Origin: the human T2T-CHM13v2.0 reference genome, Homo sapiens
DNA: 64,000 bases
Assembly: GCF_009914755.1 (NCBI RefSeq)
Contig: NC_060942.1
Reading direction: 5' to 3' (one strand)
Position numbers and translations under genes: made by a program. The notes under the pieces were generated by a model, which was not told the DNA's origin, did no database searches, and saw nothing but the letters and a program-made list of their open reading frames with translations. Each line of letters opens with the position of its first letter. Position 1 is the stretch's first letter. Shown piece after piece: positions 28,651-40,662 of this stretch.

Positions 28651-29009
28651 ATTGATTTCCATTATCAAATGGAACCTGCTGCCTCTTTGAAACAAGGTAA
28701 AGAAGAATTAAAGCAGTTACCCAGATGAGTCAAAAAAAAAAAGTCAATATATAGAAGAAAGGAGAAAGACATAAGACAAAATAGCAGTGTTCATGTTTGA
28801 TTGGTTGCCTTGTTTCTTCTTTCTTCTATTCTTCCTTTTTTGTGGAAGTATAACCATTTCCCTTTTTCTTTGAAAATAGAGGTCTGTTCTTCCTTTGACT
28901 TTCTACTCTAGACTTCTCATTACATTGGGAAAAAAATGTACTGCAATACACAGAAATGTAATTTTAGCCAACATGCACTTTTCTCCTCCATACCTCCCTC
29001 CTTCATATG

Positions 29010-29192
29010 CACTTACAGACACATACTTACAGGCACACGTGCATACACTGACACACACACACTCCCGCATAGACACCCATCCAGACATCACTCACACATA
29101 GATACAGACACACTGATGCCTTTTGTTGGCATCTGAGCTCAGGCTATTCCACTCCCACAAGGATTTTGTGCGTGTATGTGTGTGTATGTGTG
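29010..29192. repeat. Degenerate (CA)n then (TG)n tract
   Basis: Imperfect CA repeats 29010-29115 and TG repeats 29167-29192. Confidence 0.8.
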
Positions 29193-29289
29193 ACAGAAAT
29201 CAATTCCTCACTTGTTATCACAGGTGCAGTGGCTTGCTTTCATGAAGTTAAATATTTGTCTCCCTCACAAACTCCTACACTTTCAGGTT

Positions 29290-29460
29290 TGGGAGAGATC
29301 ATTAAAGTCACCTGGTCCAACCACCCTTCTGATGTTTGAATTGCCTCTGACAACATCCTGGCTAGATGGTAAACTTGTCTACATTTGAACGTTTCGAATG
29401 ACAAGAAGCTCGCTAGCTGCCAAGAAACTCAATTTCATCCTTTTCATCTTGTTAAGATCT
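29290..29460 (-). mobile_element. L3/CR1 3' fragment
   Basis: ggtccaaccacccttctgatg..tgacaacatcctgg..agatgg..ttgaac..tgac..gaagctc, typical of the L3 3' end. Confidence 0.6.
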
Positions 29461-29569
29461 GTAGTCAAAGGTGGCGCTGGTGCTCTAACCCTTCCAGCTT
29501 AACAGGGAACATGTATTTTAATCAAGCTGTAGAGTCATTTTTGGTAGGAAAAGCCATTTTCAAAACATC

Positions 29570-30640
29570 TGATAAAGGGTTAACGATGCTACTGCACAAA
29601 AAGAACTTTCAAGTTATGAGAAAATGACAATGACTCCAATTTTTTTAAAATGATAAGAGACATACAGAAGAGGAAATACCAATGACCAAAATGTATGTGG
29701 AAGATATTCAACCTCAATAGTAGTCAAATAGATGCCAATAAAAGCAACAACTAATCCTTTGTTAGAGTTTAGATTGATGAGGATTAAGAAAAAAAGACCT
29801 TTGATTAAACTCAGCATTGATGATGAAGATGTAAATGGGGGAAGGGGCAGTCTCTATCACACCTGGGGATGGTGTAAACTGATTTAAAACAGTGTTTCTA
29901 AAAGGCAATTTAACAATATGGATCAACGTTTAAAATGGGCAGGTACCCAGAAATCCCATTTGTAGGAGCCTTTTTTTAAAAAATTTATTTAGGAGATTTT
30001 TCTTTAGAAAATAATTGAAGAAGTGTGCAGATATATAGGTTTATGTATGCATATATGTGTGTATGTGTGTCTGTGTGTGTGCCTAATTGTGTTGTTGCTT
30101 TACCAAAACACTGGAAATGATCTAAATGATTAAGTAATCATGGTAGAACTATGCAATGGTATACTGGAGAGCTCTTTAAAAAGATGACATATAGGCTGGG
30201 CGCAGTGGCTCGTGCCTGTAATCCTAGCACTTTGGGAGGCCGAGTCGGGTGGATCACGAGATCAGGAGTTCAAGACCAGCCTGGCCAAGATGGTGAAACC
30301 CCGTCTCTACTAAAAATACAAAAATTAGCTGGGCATGGTGGCGGGTGCCTGTAATCCCAGCTACTCGGGATGCTGAGGCAGAGAATTCCTTGAACCCAGG
30401 AAGCAGAGGTTGCAGTGAACCGAGATCGCACCACTGCACTCCAGCCTGGGCGACAGAGCGAGACTTTGTCTTAAAAAAAAAAAAAAGATAACACATATAA
30501 GTTTTCATCAACAAGGAAAAAGATCCAAGACTACTTTTGCATGAAATGCCACGTTACCAAACAGCATGAATAGTATGGTCTCATTTACATAAACTTTATT
30601 TTTGTAAATATATCTTAATCCCAAACTCAAGTATAAAAGA
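29570..30640 (+). mobile_element. Old L1 (L1ME-like) 3' region, interrupted by an Alu
   Basis: gaggaaataccaatgacca..tattcaacctcaatagtagtcaaa..ggcaatttaacaatatggatcaa. Confidence 0.65.
30194..30486 (+). mobile_element. AluS
   Basis: Full Alu with A-tail and a degenerate TSD (aaaagat-acatata). Confidence 0.95.
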
Positions 30641-30699
30641 ACTAATTATTTATATATGTATGTACATATAGATATATAACAGCAGATATATATGTATCA

Positions 30700-31420
30700 G
30701 CTTTTTTGAGATATAATTCATATATCATAAAATTCACGCTTTTAGTGTGTCCAAATCAGTGGTTTCTAGTATATTCACGGAGTTGCGCAACCATCACTGC
30801 CATCTAATTTTAGAACACTTTCTAAATGACCTGTAAGAAACCTTGTAGTCTCTAGAGGTTATTCCCCATTCTTCCCTCCCTGCTTCTTGGCTACCACTAA
30901 TCTACTTTCCTTCTCTATGGATTTGCCTATTCTGGACATTCCTATAAATAGAATCATATAATATGTGGCCTTTTGTGACCATCTTTTCGCTTAGTGTAAT
31001 GTTTTCATGCCCCATCCGCATTTTAGCATGTATCAGTACTTCATTCCTCTTATGGCCGAATAATATTCCTTTGTATCGATAAGCCACATTTTGTTTACCC
31101 ATTCATTAGTTGGTGGACATTTGGATCATTTTCACATTTTGGCTATTATGAATAATGCCGCTATGAAAATTTGTATACAAGCATTTGTGTGGATGTATGT
31201 TTTCAATTCTCTCGAGTAGATACCCAGGAGTAAAGTTGCTTTGTCAAATAGTAACTCTATATTTCACATTTCGAGGAACTTCCAAACTGTTTTCCAAAGT
31301 GGCTGCATCATTTTACGTTCCCATTAACAATGAAGAAGCGATCTAATTTCTCCATGTCACCTATAACGGTTGTTTTATGTGTCTTTTTGATTATAACCAT
31401 CGTAGTGGGCGTGAAGTGGT
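30700..31420 (-). mobile_element. L1MB 3' end
   Basis: gagatataattcatatatcataaaattcac..ggatttgcctattctggacatt..ttggctattatgaataatgccgctatga. Confidence 0.9.
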
Positions 31421-31951
31421 TACATACAAATGTTTTCAATCAACACAATTCCAATTCCAAGCCTCTTTCCCTATGCATTAGGATAAAATTCAAATTTTGT
31501 AATTCTTGGGGGCCCATCTTCTACAGGCTTGTATCAACATGGAAAGAATCAGAGGAGGAGATGACCAGGAAAGAACAGTAAAGAAATGTTAGGGTGGGCT
31601 AGACAGGAAGTCTCAGGAATTAATTTTTGATTCCAGGTCATCATGCCCCAGATCAATTTGCTTAATAATCAAATTGCTGAACTTAGCTATTTACCAAAAA
31701 GTATGTTTATTTCAACTCTTACTTACAGCAGTTTTTATTGAGTGGGATTGTTTTAACAGATTTGGAAGATTCTATAAAACTAATTAGTTGATGGTTTTTT
31801 GCTGTCTTCATAGCAGTATTTTAAGTCATGTTCTGTAAGTAAATTGCTAATGGTCATAAGGTGGTTTAACTTTCTTATTAAATGTTAAATATCCAGAAAA
31901 TGTATTTCCTAATTAGGTGCCAAATTTCATATATATATATTCTGTTCATAT

Positions 31952-32075
31952 TATTTTTGTTTGAGTTGGTGTCTCACTATACTGCCAGGTTGGTCTCAAA
32001 CTCCTGGGCTCAAGTGATCCTCCTGCCCCAGCCTGTTGAGTAGTTGGGATTATAGGCCCAAGCCAACACATCTGA
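31952..32075 (-). mobile_element. FLAM/Alu monomer
   Basis: gtctcactat..ggtctcaaactcctgggctcaagtgatcctcctgcc. Confidence 0.8.
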
Positions 32076-33417
32076 CTTCATTCAGTTTGTATTGATTTCT
32101 TTCAGATCTTGTAAAAATTGCTTTCTGCTTTGCCACTTTTTTTGTTTCTTTTGCCAATTTTTCTTTCACCCATCCTTTCACAGTTTTTTGATTTTAAACC
32201 AATTTATTTTTAATCTTTTCTTTACAATTCCACATTTATAGTTCATGTATATCAAATTTGAAGTATTAATCAATTGAATCATTACATGCATCCTGTTGAG
32301 AAAACTTCAATTTTTTTGAACAGTTTTACAATTTCAACTCATATCTTTTTATAAGAGCTTAATAAGTCAATATCCCAACTGCTCTTTTTTAGAAAACAAT
32401 TTTTTTCATTTCATAGAATTCAAGAAATTTTGAAATTTTTAATATGAAATTTCTTGCAAATCACAGGATTTGTTGGGGTTTTTTGAAGTTTTAGGTTTAA
32501 TCTGGTTTATTTTGGATTTAGTTGAGGCTCAGTGCAATCATTTTACTAAGTGGTTTTACAGTAGATTTGTCAGACCAGCTTAGCTGAATATCCATTTCAT
32601 GTGTGATTCAAATTTCAGACACTGATCATTTCTTAAATGCTTGAAACACATGCAAGATATCCATTTCATTAAGCTGATTTATGTAACTGTAAATTTTAAC
32701 AAGTACAAATGGCAATATAGCATGCATTACTTTATAAAAATAACCTATTTGGATCTTGAATAGTTAAATGTTCATGATTAGGTGTCCATCATATGAATTG
32801 CTTCCAAATCTACTTTTTTAGTAAACATTTTTGGAGAAAATTGCGACTATGTTTATAGTATTATAGCATTCTTAAAATTAGATTTTATCTGAATATACTT
32901 ACTTGGGCATGACCTGTTAGTGCTGCTGCAAACTGAATAAGCAGGATGTTTATTCTTAGATAGTGCCCTCTGTGGAAATAAGTTTCGGTTAGTGACTAAT
33001 CTAGGATGATGTAGAAATGAATCAATAAAAAGGTAAATCAAAATGAATTATTTTGATTTCAGATCACGTGGTTTCCTTTAAAGTTGACTTGTAAAATATA
33101 ACTTCCTGATAATGATAGAAATGAGGATCTGGTTAGAGCTAATATCTGGCAATAAGTTGGAAAATTCTAAAATGAGGCTTTATACCCATAGGTGTTATGC
33201 TGTAGTGACACAATGGGCATATGACTCACTTTGGGAATGACAGCAGCTCCTTACCCAACACAAGACGTGAAACAAGGGCAGTGACTGCTGACTGGAGGTG
33301 ATGAAAATGAAGATGGTATTGTGGGCTCTGATTCTAGGAAATGTCCATAGATGCAGATAAGGCTGCTTAATTCTGATGTAAGGAAGAGACAATGAATTAA
33401 TTCACCCCAGGGACCTT

Positions 33418-33812
33418 TGTGTGGATCGAATTATGTCCTCCCCACCCAAATTTATATGTTGAAGTCCTAACACTCAGGACCTTGGAATGTGACTGCATTT
33501 GGACATAGGGTCTTTAAAGAGGTTATTAATTAAATTAAAATGAGATCATTAGAGTGGGCCCTAATCCAATCTGGCTGGTATCCTTACAAGAAGAGGAAAT
33601 TTGGACATCAATATACAGAGGGAAGACCACATGTAGACACGAAGAGAAGACAGCCACCTACAAGTCAAGGAGAGAGGCCTGGGAAGAAACCAACCCTGCT
33701 GACCCCTTGATCTGTGATTTCTAGCCTTCAGAATTGTGATAAAACTAATTTTTGTTGTTTAAGCCACCCATTCTGTAGTACCTTGTTATGGTTTTCTTAC
33801 CAAACTAATGCA
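33418..33812 (+). mobile_element. MLT1A-like solo LTR
   Basis: atatgttgaagtcctaac..atttggacatagggtctttaaagagg..ttgtttaagccaccc..aactaatgca. Confidence 0.88.
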
Positions 33813-33845
33813 ATCTTAACTTCAAATCCTGTTTTATGACATTGA

Positions 33846-34187
<342 letters not shown>

Positions 34188-34934
34188 TGAATTTTAATAA
34201 ATAATTATAAGTAGATATTTTTTCATTTTAAGACACAAAGCAATGTCATTAGAATCTCCTCTTGGGCAGTAGGTGTCAACGAGGTGGGTTTGGTTTTCAC
34301 TGGCAAAGTGCAAGAAGTCTCCTGCAGGATTCAAGGACAAGCATTGCCGTTTGCTTGTCTTACGCAAGGCAGCAGGGTTTAGGCAGTGCAGAGCTATGGT
34401 TATAAATACAACCTCTGGAGTTCAAAAGCACCGACCTCACTAGGTCATTATGAGGCCTAACTTCATTAAGATGTCACACAGTGTCTGCCACACCATGAAT
34501 GCTGCGTAAGTGGTAGCTCTTGTTCTTATTCATGGAGTCAAAAGAATTGGAGATGAAAGTGACTTTCAAATTTATGATTACTGTGAGCAGTAGTAATGAT
34601 AAACTAAACAAGTAACACCGAGAAATTAACTAAGTTATAGTGGAGATGTGATAGTTGCTAGCCTTTGAGGGGTAGCCCATACCATTTGTTACTACCTCTT
34701 TTTCTAATTTAACAGCTTCCTTTGATATCTGTTCTCAAGTTCTTTTAAACCTTAACTGAATTTTCACCCTTGGTCTCCTCACACATCCTTTGAGCTCTTT
34801 CAATGCATTGTTTTCTTCAATTGAATCTTGAACTCCTTACATCTTCCCTGTTCTAACCTCCAGCACAAGAATCTGACTCAGGGCTCAGTTGTTTCCTAGA
34901 GTCCTCTCTATCCAGAACCTGTTTGAACAAATGA

Positions 34935-35520
<586 letters not shown>

Positions 35521-36593
35521 GGGAGCAATCAGTCATTCTGTAAATGAGTTCGATTTAAATTTACTTATATAGTGAAACAAATAATTTTAAAAAATCAACC
35601 ATTTTACAGCACTTTTCTTTGAGATGCCCACGTAGTGGGGATCAAGGGCAGAAAGGTTGGGAAAATGAGCTTTAGGTTTCTTTCTTCAACTTGTCCCAAG
35701 ATGTGTCAATGGAATGAAGACCTGCCACGGGCTTGCTCTGTGAGGAGTTTAGGAAATTAACAAACTTTATACCATCTCCACCCCCTGCCACCCCCACCCC
35801 ACCCCCCGCAATTCTTCAGCTTGAGTGAGACTGCTGTCGCTAGAACTGCAGTCTCATTGATATCTCATGGTATCCTAGCTTCAGGACCCAATCTTCAGGG
35901 AAAAGCCAGCCACTGGCAGCCAGGTTTGAAGTATATGGAATTTGGGCTCAGCATCACTGCTTTTCTGTGAGTTCTGTCCTCCGGAATTGTGCAGTGCACA
36001 GTATACACCACTATGCTTAGTAGCCCTCTTCCAACTCTGGCTTAAGTGCCCTGGCTCTCTTTGAATATCTTTCACTGAATACCTTGGCCCTCATCTTGCT
36101 TCCTGGTGACCCAGACCCTCTCCTGGGGAACTTTCTATGGGCTCTTCATCCCCTGCCCAGGAACTGATATGCTTCCCAACCCTGTCTCTTTTCTTTGATA
36201 CTTATCAGTCCTTTAGATATTGGCATTATAAAACGTTGGACTAATGTAAAAAATCGATTTATAAGAAGTTGAGGATTATTGCTGATATAATAAATGTATA
36301 TCAAACAGTACAGTGCCTGACTTTGAATAAGAATTCAGGGAGAGTTATTATTCTTATTGATTCTCAAATTATAATTTTTTTTTACTCTTTATTGTTTTAC
36401 CAATGTTATTTATTTGCCTTTTAACAGAAGTCTTCAGGGTAAAATGGCTTGACTGAAGAAATGAATGTCTAAGAGTAGAAGCTGTTGATTTGGGGGGAAA
36501 TTTTCATATAAGAATGATATTTCAAGGGCAGTTTAATCTTTAAAACATGACTTTTATCTGATGTGTTGCAACATCAGGAGTTTAGCTATTAGG

Positions 36594-36978
36594 TGTCTTA
36601 GTCCATTTTCTGTTGCTATAATAAAATAATGCAGGCTTGGTAATTTAAAAAAGAAAAAAAGTTTATTTTGGCCCATGGTTCTGAAGGCTGGGAAGTCTAA
36701 GAGCATGGCACTGGCACCTGCTCAACTTCTGAGGAGGGCCTTCTTGCTGCTTCATAACACTGTGGAAAGCATCACATGGCAAGAGAACAAGAGCATGTGT
36801 ATCAGCTCAGGTCTCTCTTCCTCTTCTTATAAAACCACCAGACCCATCTTGGAGGCCCCACCTTTATACCTTATCTAATCCTAATTATCCTTCAAAGGCC
36901 TCACCTCCAATCAATGTATGAATTTAGGGATTAAGTTTCTAACACTTGAAATTTGGGAGACACATTTAAACCATAGCA
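36594..36978 (-). mobile_element. MST (MaLR) solo LTR, MSTC/D-like
   Basis: TG...CA termini. 5-bp TSD ttagg at 36589-36593 and 36979-36983. Confidence 0.88.
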
Positions 36979-37019
36979 TTAGGTAAATGGCTCCTTTTAA
37001 TGAGTAGAAACATTGTATA

Positions 37020-37197
37020 GTGATGTGGTGCTTAAACTCAAGAGAGCATTAAATGATGGGGAAAACTTGTTAAAATCCAGAGTCTGGTCTGCACCCCCGA
37101 TGCAGGAGTCTGGGGTGAAAATGGAGAATTTGCATACCTAACAATTTCCTAGGTAATGTTGATGCTTCTGGTCAAGGGACCACTTTGAGAACCACTC
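37020..37197 (+). mobile_element. MER5A
   Basis: gagaatttgcat..ctaacaatttcctaggtaatgttgatgct.ctggtc..gggaccactttgagaaccact. Confidence 0.75.
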
Positions 37198-39705
37198 ACA
37201 CAGTAGAAAGAACAGTGGGTCAGCCAAGGAGATATGTGCTCTAGTCCAGTCTCACTCTCCCAAACATGTTGTGAGATCCCAAGCAAGTTTCTTAATTTTC
37301 CAGGGCCTCGGTCTTCTCACCTGTAAACCAGGAGATAGATTGGACAGTCTCCACGTTTTCCTCTGGCTCACATTCGTCCCCATTCAAATTCTGAGCTACA
37401 CACAACATGTGTGTGGTGTCTGTCCAAGAGGGAGGAGGGACCAGCCACAGCCTCACTGGAAGCAGCGTCCTTTCTTTGTGGTGACCCTCATTATATACAT
37501 AGGCTCAGCTTCTTCCTTTGGTGGGGCAATCAGGGGAGAATTTTCTCCAGCTGAGTGTGCCCTGATAGAACAGAGGTGAGAGCCCAGGGCCACTGATGCT
37601 GCATCCACCGGACTTCACTGCTCTCCTCATTCAGGTGTCCTGAATGCGGTCATTATGGACAAAGGGAGTGGAGCATGGAGTGATGGCAGCCACTGAGGCA
37701 GGGTGGAAATCTCTGAGCCAGCCTTCTGCTAAGAGCTGCAGGATTTTCACCAAGCAGAGCACTGGATGTGAAAAGCAAAAGAGAGGGGAAACTTGCAAAT
37801 GGGGATAAAAGATGCCGAATGGTACAGAGTGCTCCCTCCTGCCAATGATGTTACTGCTGCATTTTGTCCAGCTGACTGAAATACCTTTGGATAAAACATA
37901 TTGTGTAGATTGAACTTTGCAATATTGTTTTATTGTAGGCATTCCATTCATCCACCTGGCTGCAGAACCAGTTTTTATGGGATTTAAAGCTTCCATAAAT
38001 TGGAGGAATGCTGTTTGAGAAAAATAATACAAAATTATAAATATAATATCAGTTATAGGGCCTTAGAAGGGACAGCTGCAAATGAGATACTTTGAAGTTT
38101 CTGTTTCATTAGCTTTGGTGTAAATCCACCTCTACCTCCACTCATTCATTCATTTGCTTCATTCAGGCTACAGACACTTATTGAGCATCTACTAGATGCC
38201 AAATTCTGTGCTGCTGCTACAATCCATTGAGACTTTAACACCCACATGGAATACGCAATTGGGAGAGAGTGAAGGAGTACTGAAGGCAAACTCAGGGGCT
38301 ACACTTCACAAAAATAGGAGATTTGGAATTTACAAAGGAGAAGAGGAGAAAGAGGAGGAGGAGGGGAAGGAGGAAGAAAAAGAAGAGGAAAAAGAGTAAC
38401 AACAACATAAAGCCATAAGTCAAAGAAGAGTGTAGGGTTGGATGATGTTTTTCAAACATTTTTGCCTGTGACTTACACTAAGAAATATACATCTACACAG
38501 TGACCAGCTAATGCTCCTCCCACAATTCACACACAGATGACTAAAACAGAAGTTTCACAGAACAATATTTATCTTTCGTGAGGCACGCTGATATTTTCTT
38601 TTTAATTTCTATTCATTTATATTATTTTCTGTATTTTTCACTTAAAGACATGCCAGTTGTGGCCTACTGGATTGATTTTCCTGCCCCAGTTGAACACAGA
38701 CAGGAATAGAGGTCCTTCGTGCATGCATGTGGATTGTGGTTACTGAAGGGTCACAGGAGACTGCACAGGAGGAGGGGACAACTCACGACAGCAGAGTGGG
38801 GGCCACAGAGCCAAGGGCAAGCACCGAGGCCCAGGAAGGAAGGATGGAAAAGATGGTGCTGAGAACCTGGAAGTGTCGTATTGAGAACAGAAAACGTACA
38901 GGCCATTGACTGAACATTCTGCTTGTTAATTACATATTTTGGGATTTTGAAGAAAAAGACAAAATGTGTAAGAAGCAGATTAAAATTAGAAACATGAGCA
39001 AGAGTAGGTGGTGGGAAAGTTAAATGTAAGGAAATAAACTGTTCCAGGACTTTTTTTTTTTTAAAGGCTTTTATTTCAAGGTCAGAAAAATGTCACGGAA
39101 GGAAAAAAAATATTATTTATTTAAAAAGAAAACTGAAATGTAAAAGATATGACAGAACTCTTCGGGAGGTAGAGAGAGTGAGGAAGAAAAGTGAGTACAA
39201 AGCAGAGAGGAAGAATATTGTTGCAGAAAATCATTGGTTCTAATTCCCAATTTCTGCCCAGCATTGATGAGGGAGGTAAGTCATCTTCTGTGGAGTGTTT
39301 TTTTCTGAAAAACATGGGTAGATGTATGTAAAGTAACTAGAAGAAGAGAAAATACTGTACAAACCTAAATTCCCATTCGTTAAGCAGCAGTAAATCTAAT
39401 GTGACTTCATAGGTTCTTAAGGATGTGTGAGGAGGATAAATATGTGAGACTATCTTTTAGATAAGAATAAAGAAATAAAGCAAATGGCACATGATATGCA
39501 AAAAGGATGGAATATTTGACAATTTAAGGTAAACATTAAATGGAAAACACAAAATTCAAACAGCAGAGGAAGGCTAAGGGAAGACTCCTTTCACTTCTTT
39601 TTCCTTCTCCTTTAATTTTTCGTCTTTATTTCCTCTCTCCATCAGACCCTCCTCCTTCTTCTTTCCATTCCTATTTTTCTTTCTTCCTGCTTCTCCTTTT
39701 TACAA

Positions 39706-39961
39706 ATTTTTTTTTCAGTGGCATGATCTTGGCTCACTGCAACCTCTGCCTCCTGGGTTCAAGCAATTCTCCTGCCTCAGCCTCCTGAGTAGCTGGGATT
39801 ACAGGTACGCGCCAACGCGCCCGGCCAATTTTTGTATTTTTAGTAGAGACAGGGTTTTGCCATGTTGGCCAGGCCGGTATCAAACTCCTGTCCTCCGGTG
39901 GTCTGCCTGCCTCGGCCTCCCAAAATGCTGGGATTATAGGTGTGAGCCACCGGACCTGGCC
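39706..39961 (-). mobile_element. Alu lacking the 3' end of the right arm
   Basis: Poly-T joins directly to cagtggcatgatcttggctcactgc. Confidence 0.9.
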
Positions 39962-40542
39962 CTTTTGAAAAGTTTCCATCAGTGTGTTCATAAGTGCCCC
40001 TTATCTGTCAGCCATACATGCAAACTTAGAGCACAGAGGTTACAGAAGACACAGTTTGGTCCGGAAGAGTGAGACACATTTGCAAAGTGCCATTTGAGTG
40101 CCCAAACTGAGGAGCACAGGTTTGTAGAAGGTAGAAGCCCCCCTTGCTAATAACCGAAGGATAGGTTGGCTCTGAGTAGCCAAGAAGCACGGACAGCGAT
40201 CATTCCTGAAAAGGAAAGATAAAGGCTACAGAAGTGCAATTCATTTTTGAAGAATAGTTTACATGGACAGAATTATAACATCTATGTTGGGAAGTTGTAG
40301 ATAAAGCCAAAAGGAAAATTTTGGCCATTTCTCTTTCTGGTGGTCTTCAGAATGCCGTGAAGACCCTCTGAGAAATTTTGAGTAGAATTTTGACAGGCAT
40401 CACCTTTTAAAATGGAGTTTTATTTGCCAGAAAGCAATGTAGAAGACAGATTGGAAGACTAGAAGACAGTCCGGAGGCCCCAGAGGAAGCTAATGGTCTG
40501 AAATAACAGCTTAAGAACAAAGAACTGTGAATAGTTGCTCAC

Positions 40543-40662
40543 CTCTGAAAAATTCTCGAAGGAATAGGTGATCATTGGGTTGAAGACGAACAGAAGATGA
40601 TAAACTTGGAAGATAATAAACTTAAAAGTTATGCCTTTCTTATATGGTAAAAGGACTTTCTC
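40543..40662 (-). other. Candidate 120-nt internal exon on the minus strand
   Basis: Acceptor tttattgcatttcag|GAG and donor CAGAG|gtgagc, in non-repeat sequence. One frame is open (EKVLLPYKKGITFKFIIFQVYHLLFVFNPMITYSFENFSE) but the peptide is not recognised. Confidence 0.45.

Noticed and set aside
38335-38399. Glu/Lys-rich ORF end
   Set aside because: Purine-rich (GAG/GAA) low-complexity tract, not coding evidence.
40180-40200. REST/RE1-like cacggacagcg
   Set aside because: Only the right half-site matches; the TTCAGCACC left half is absent.
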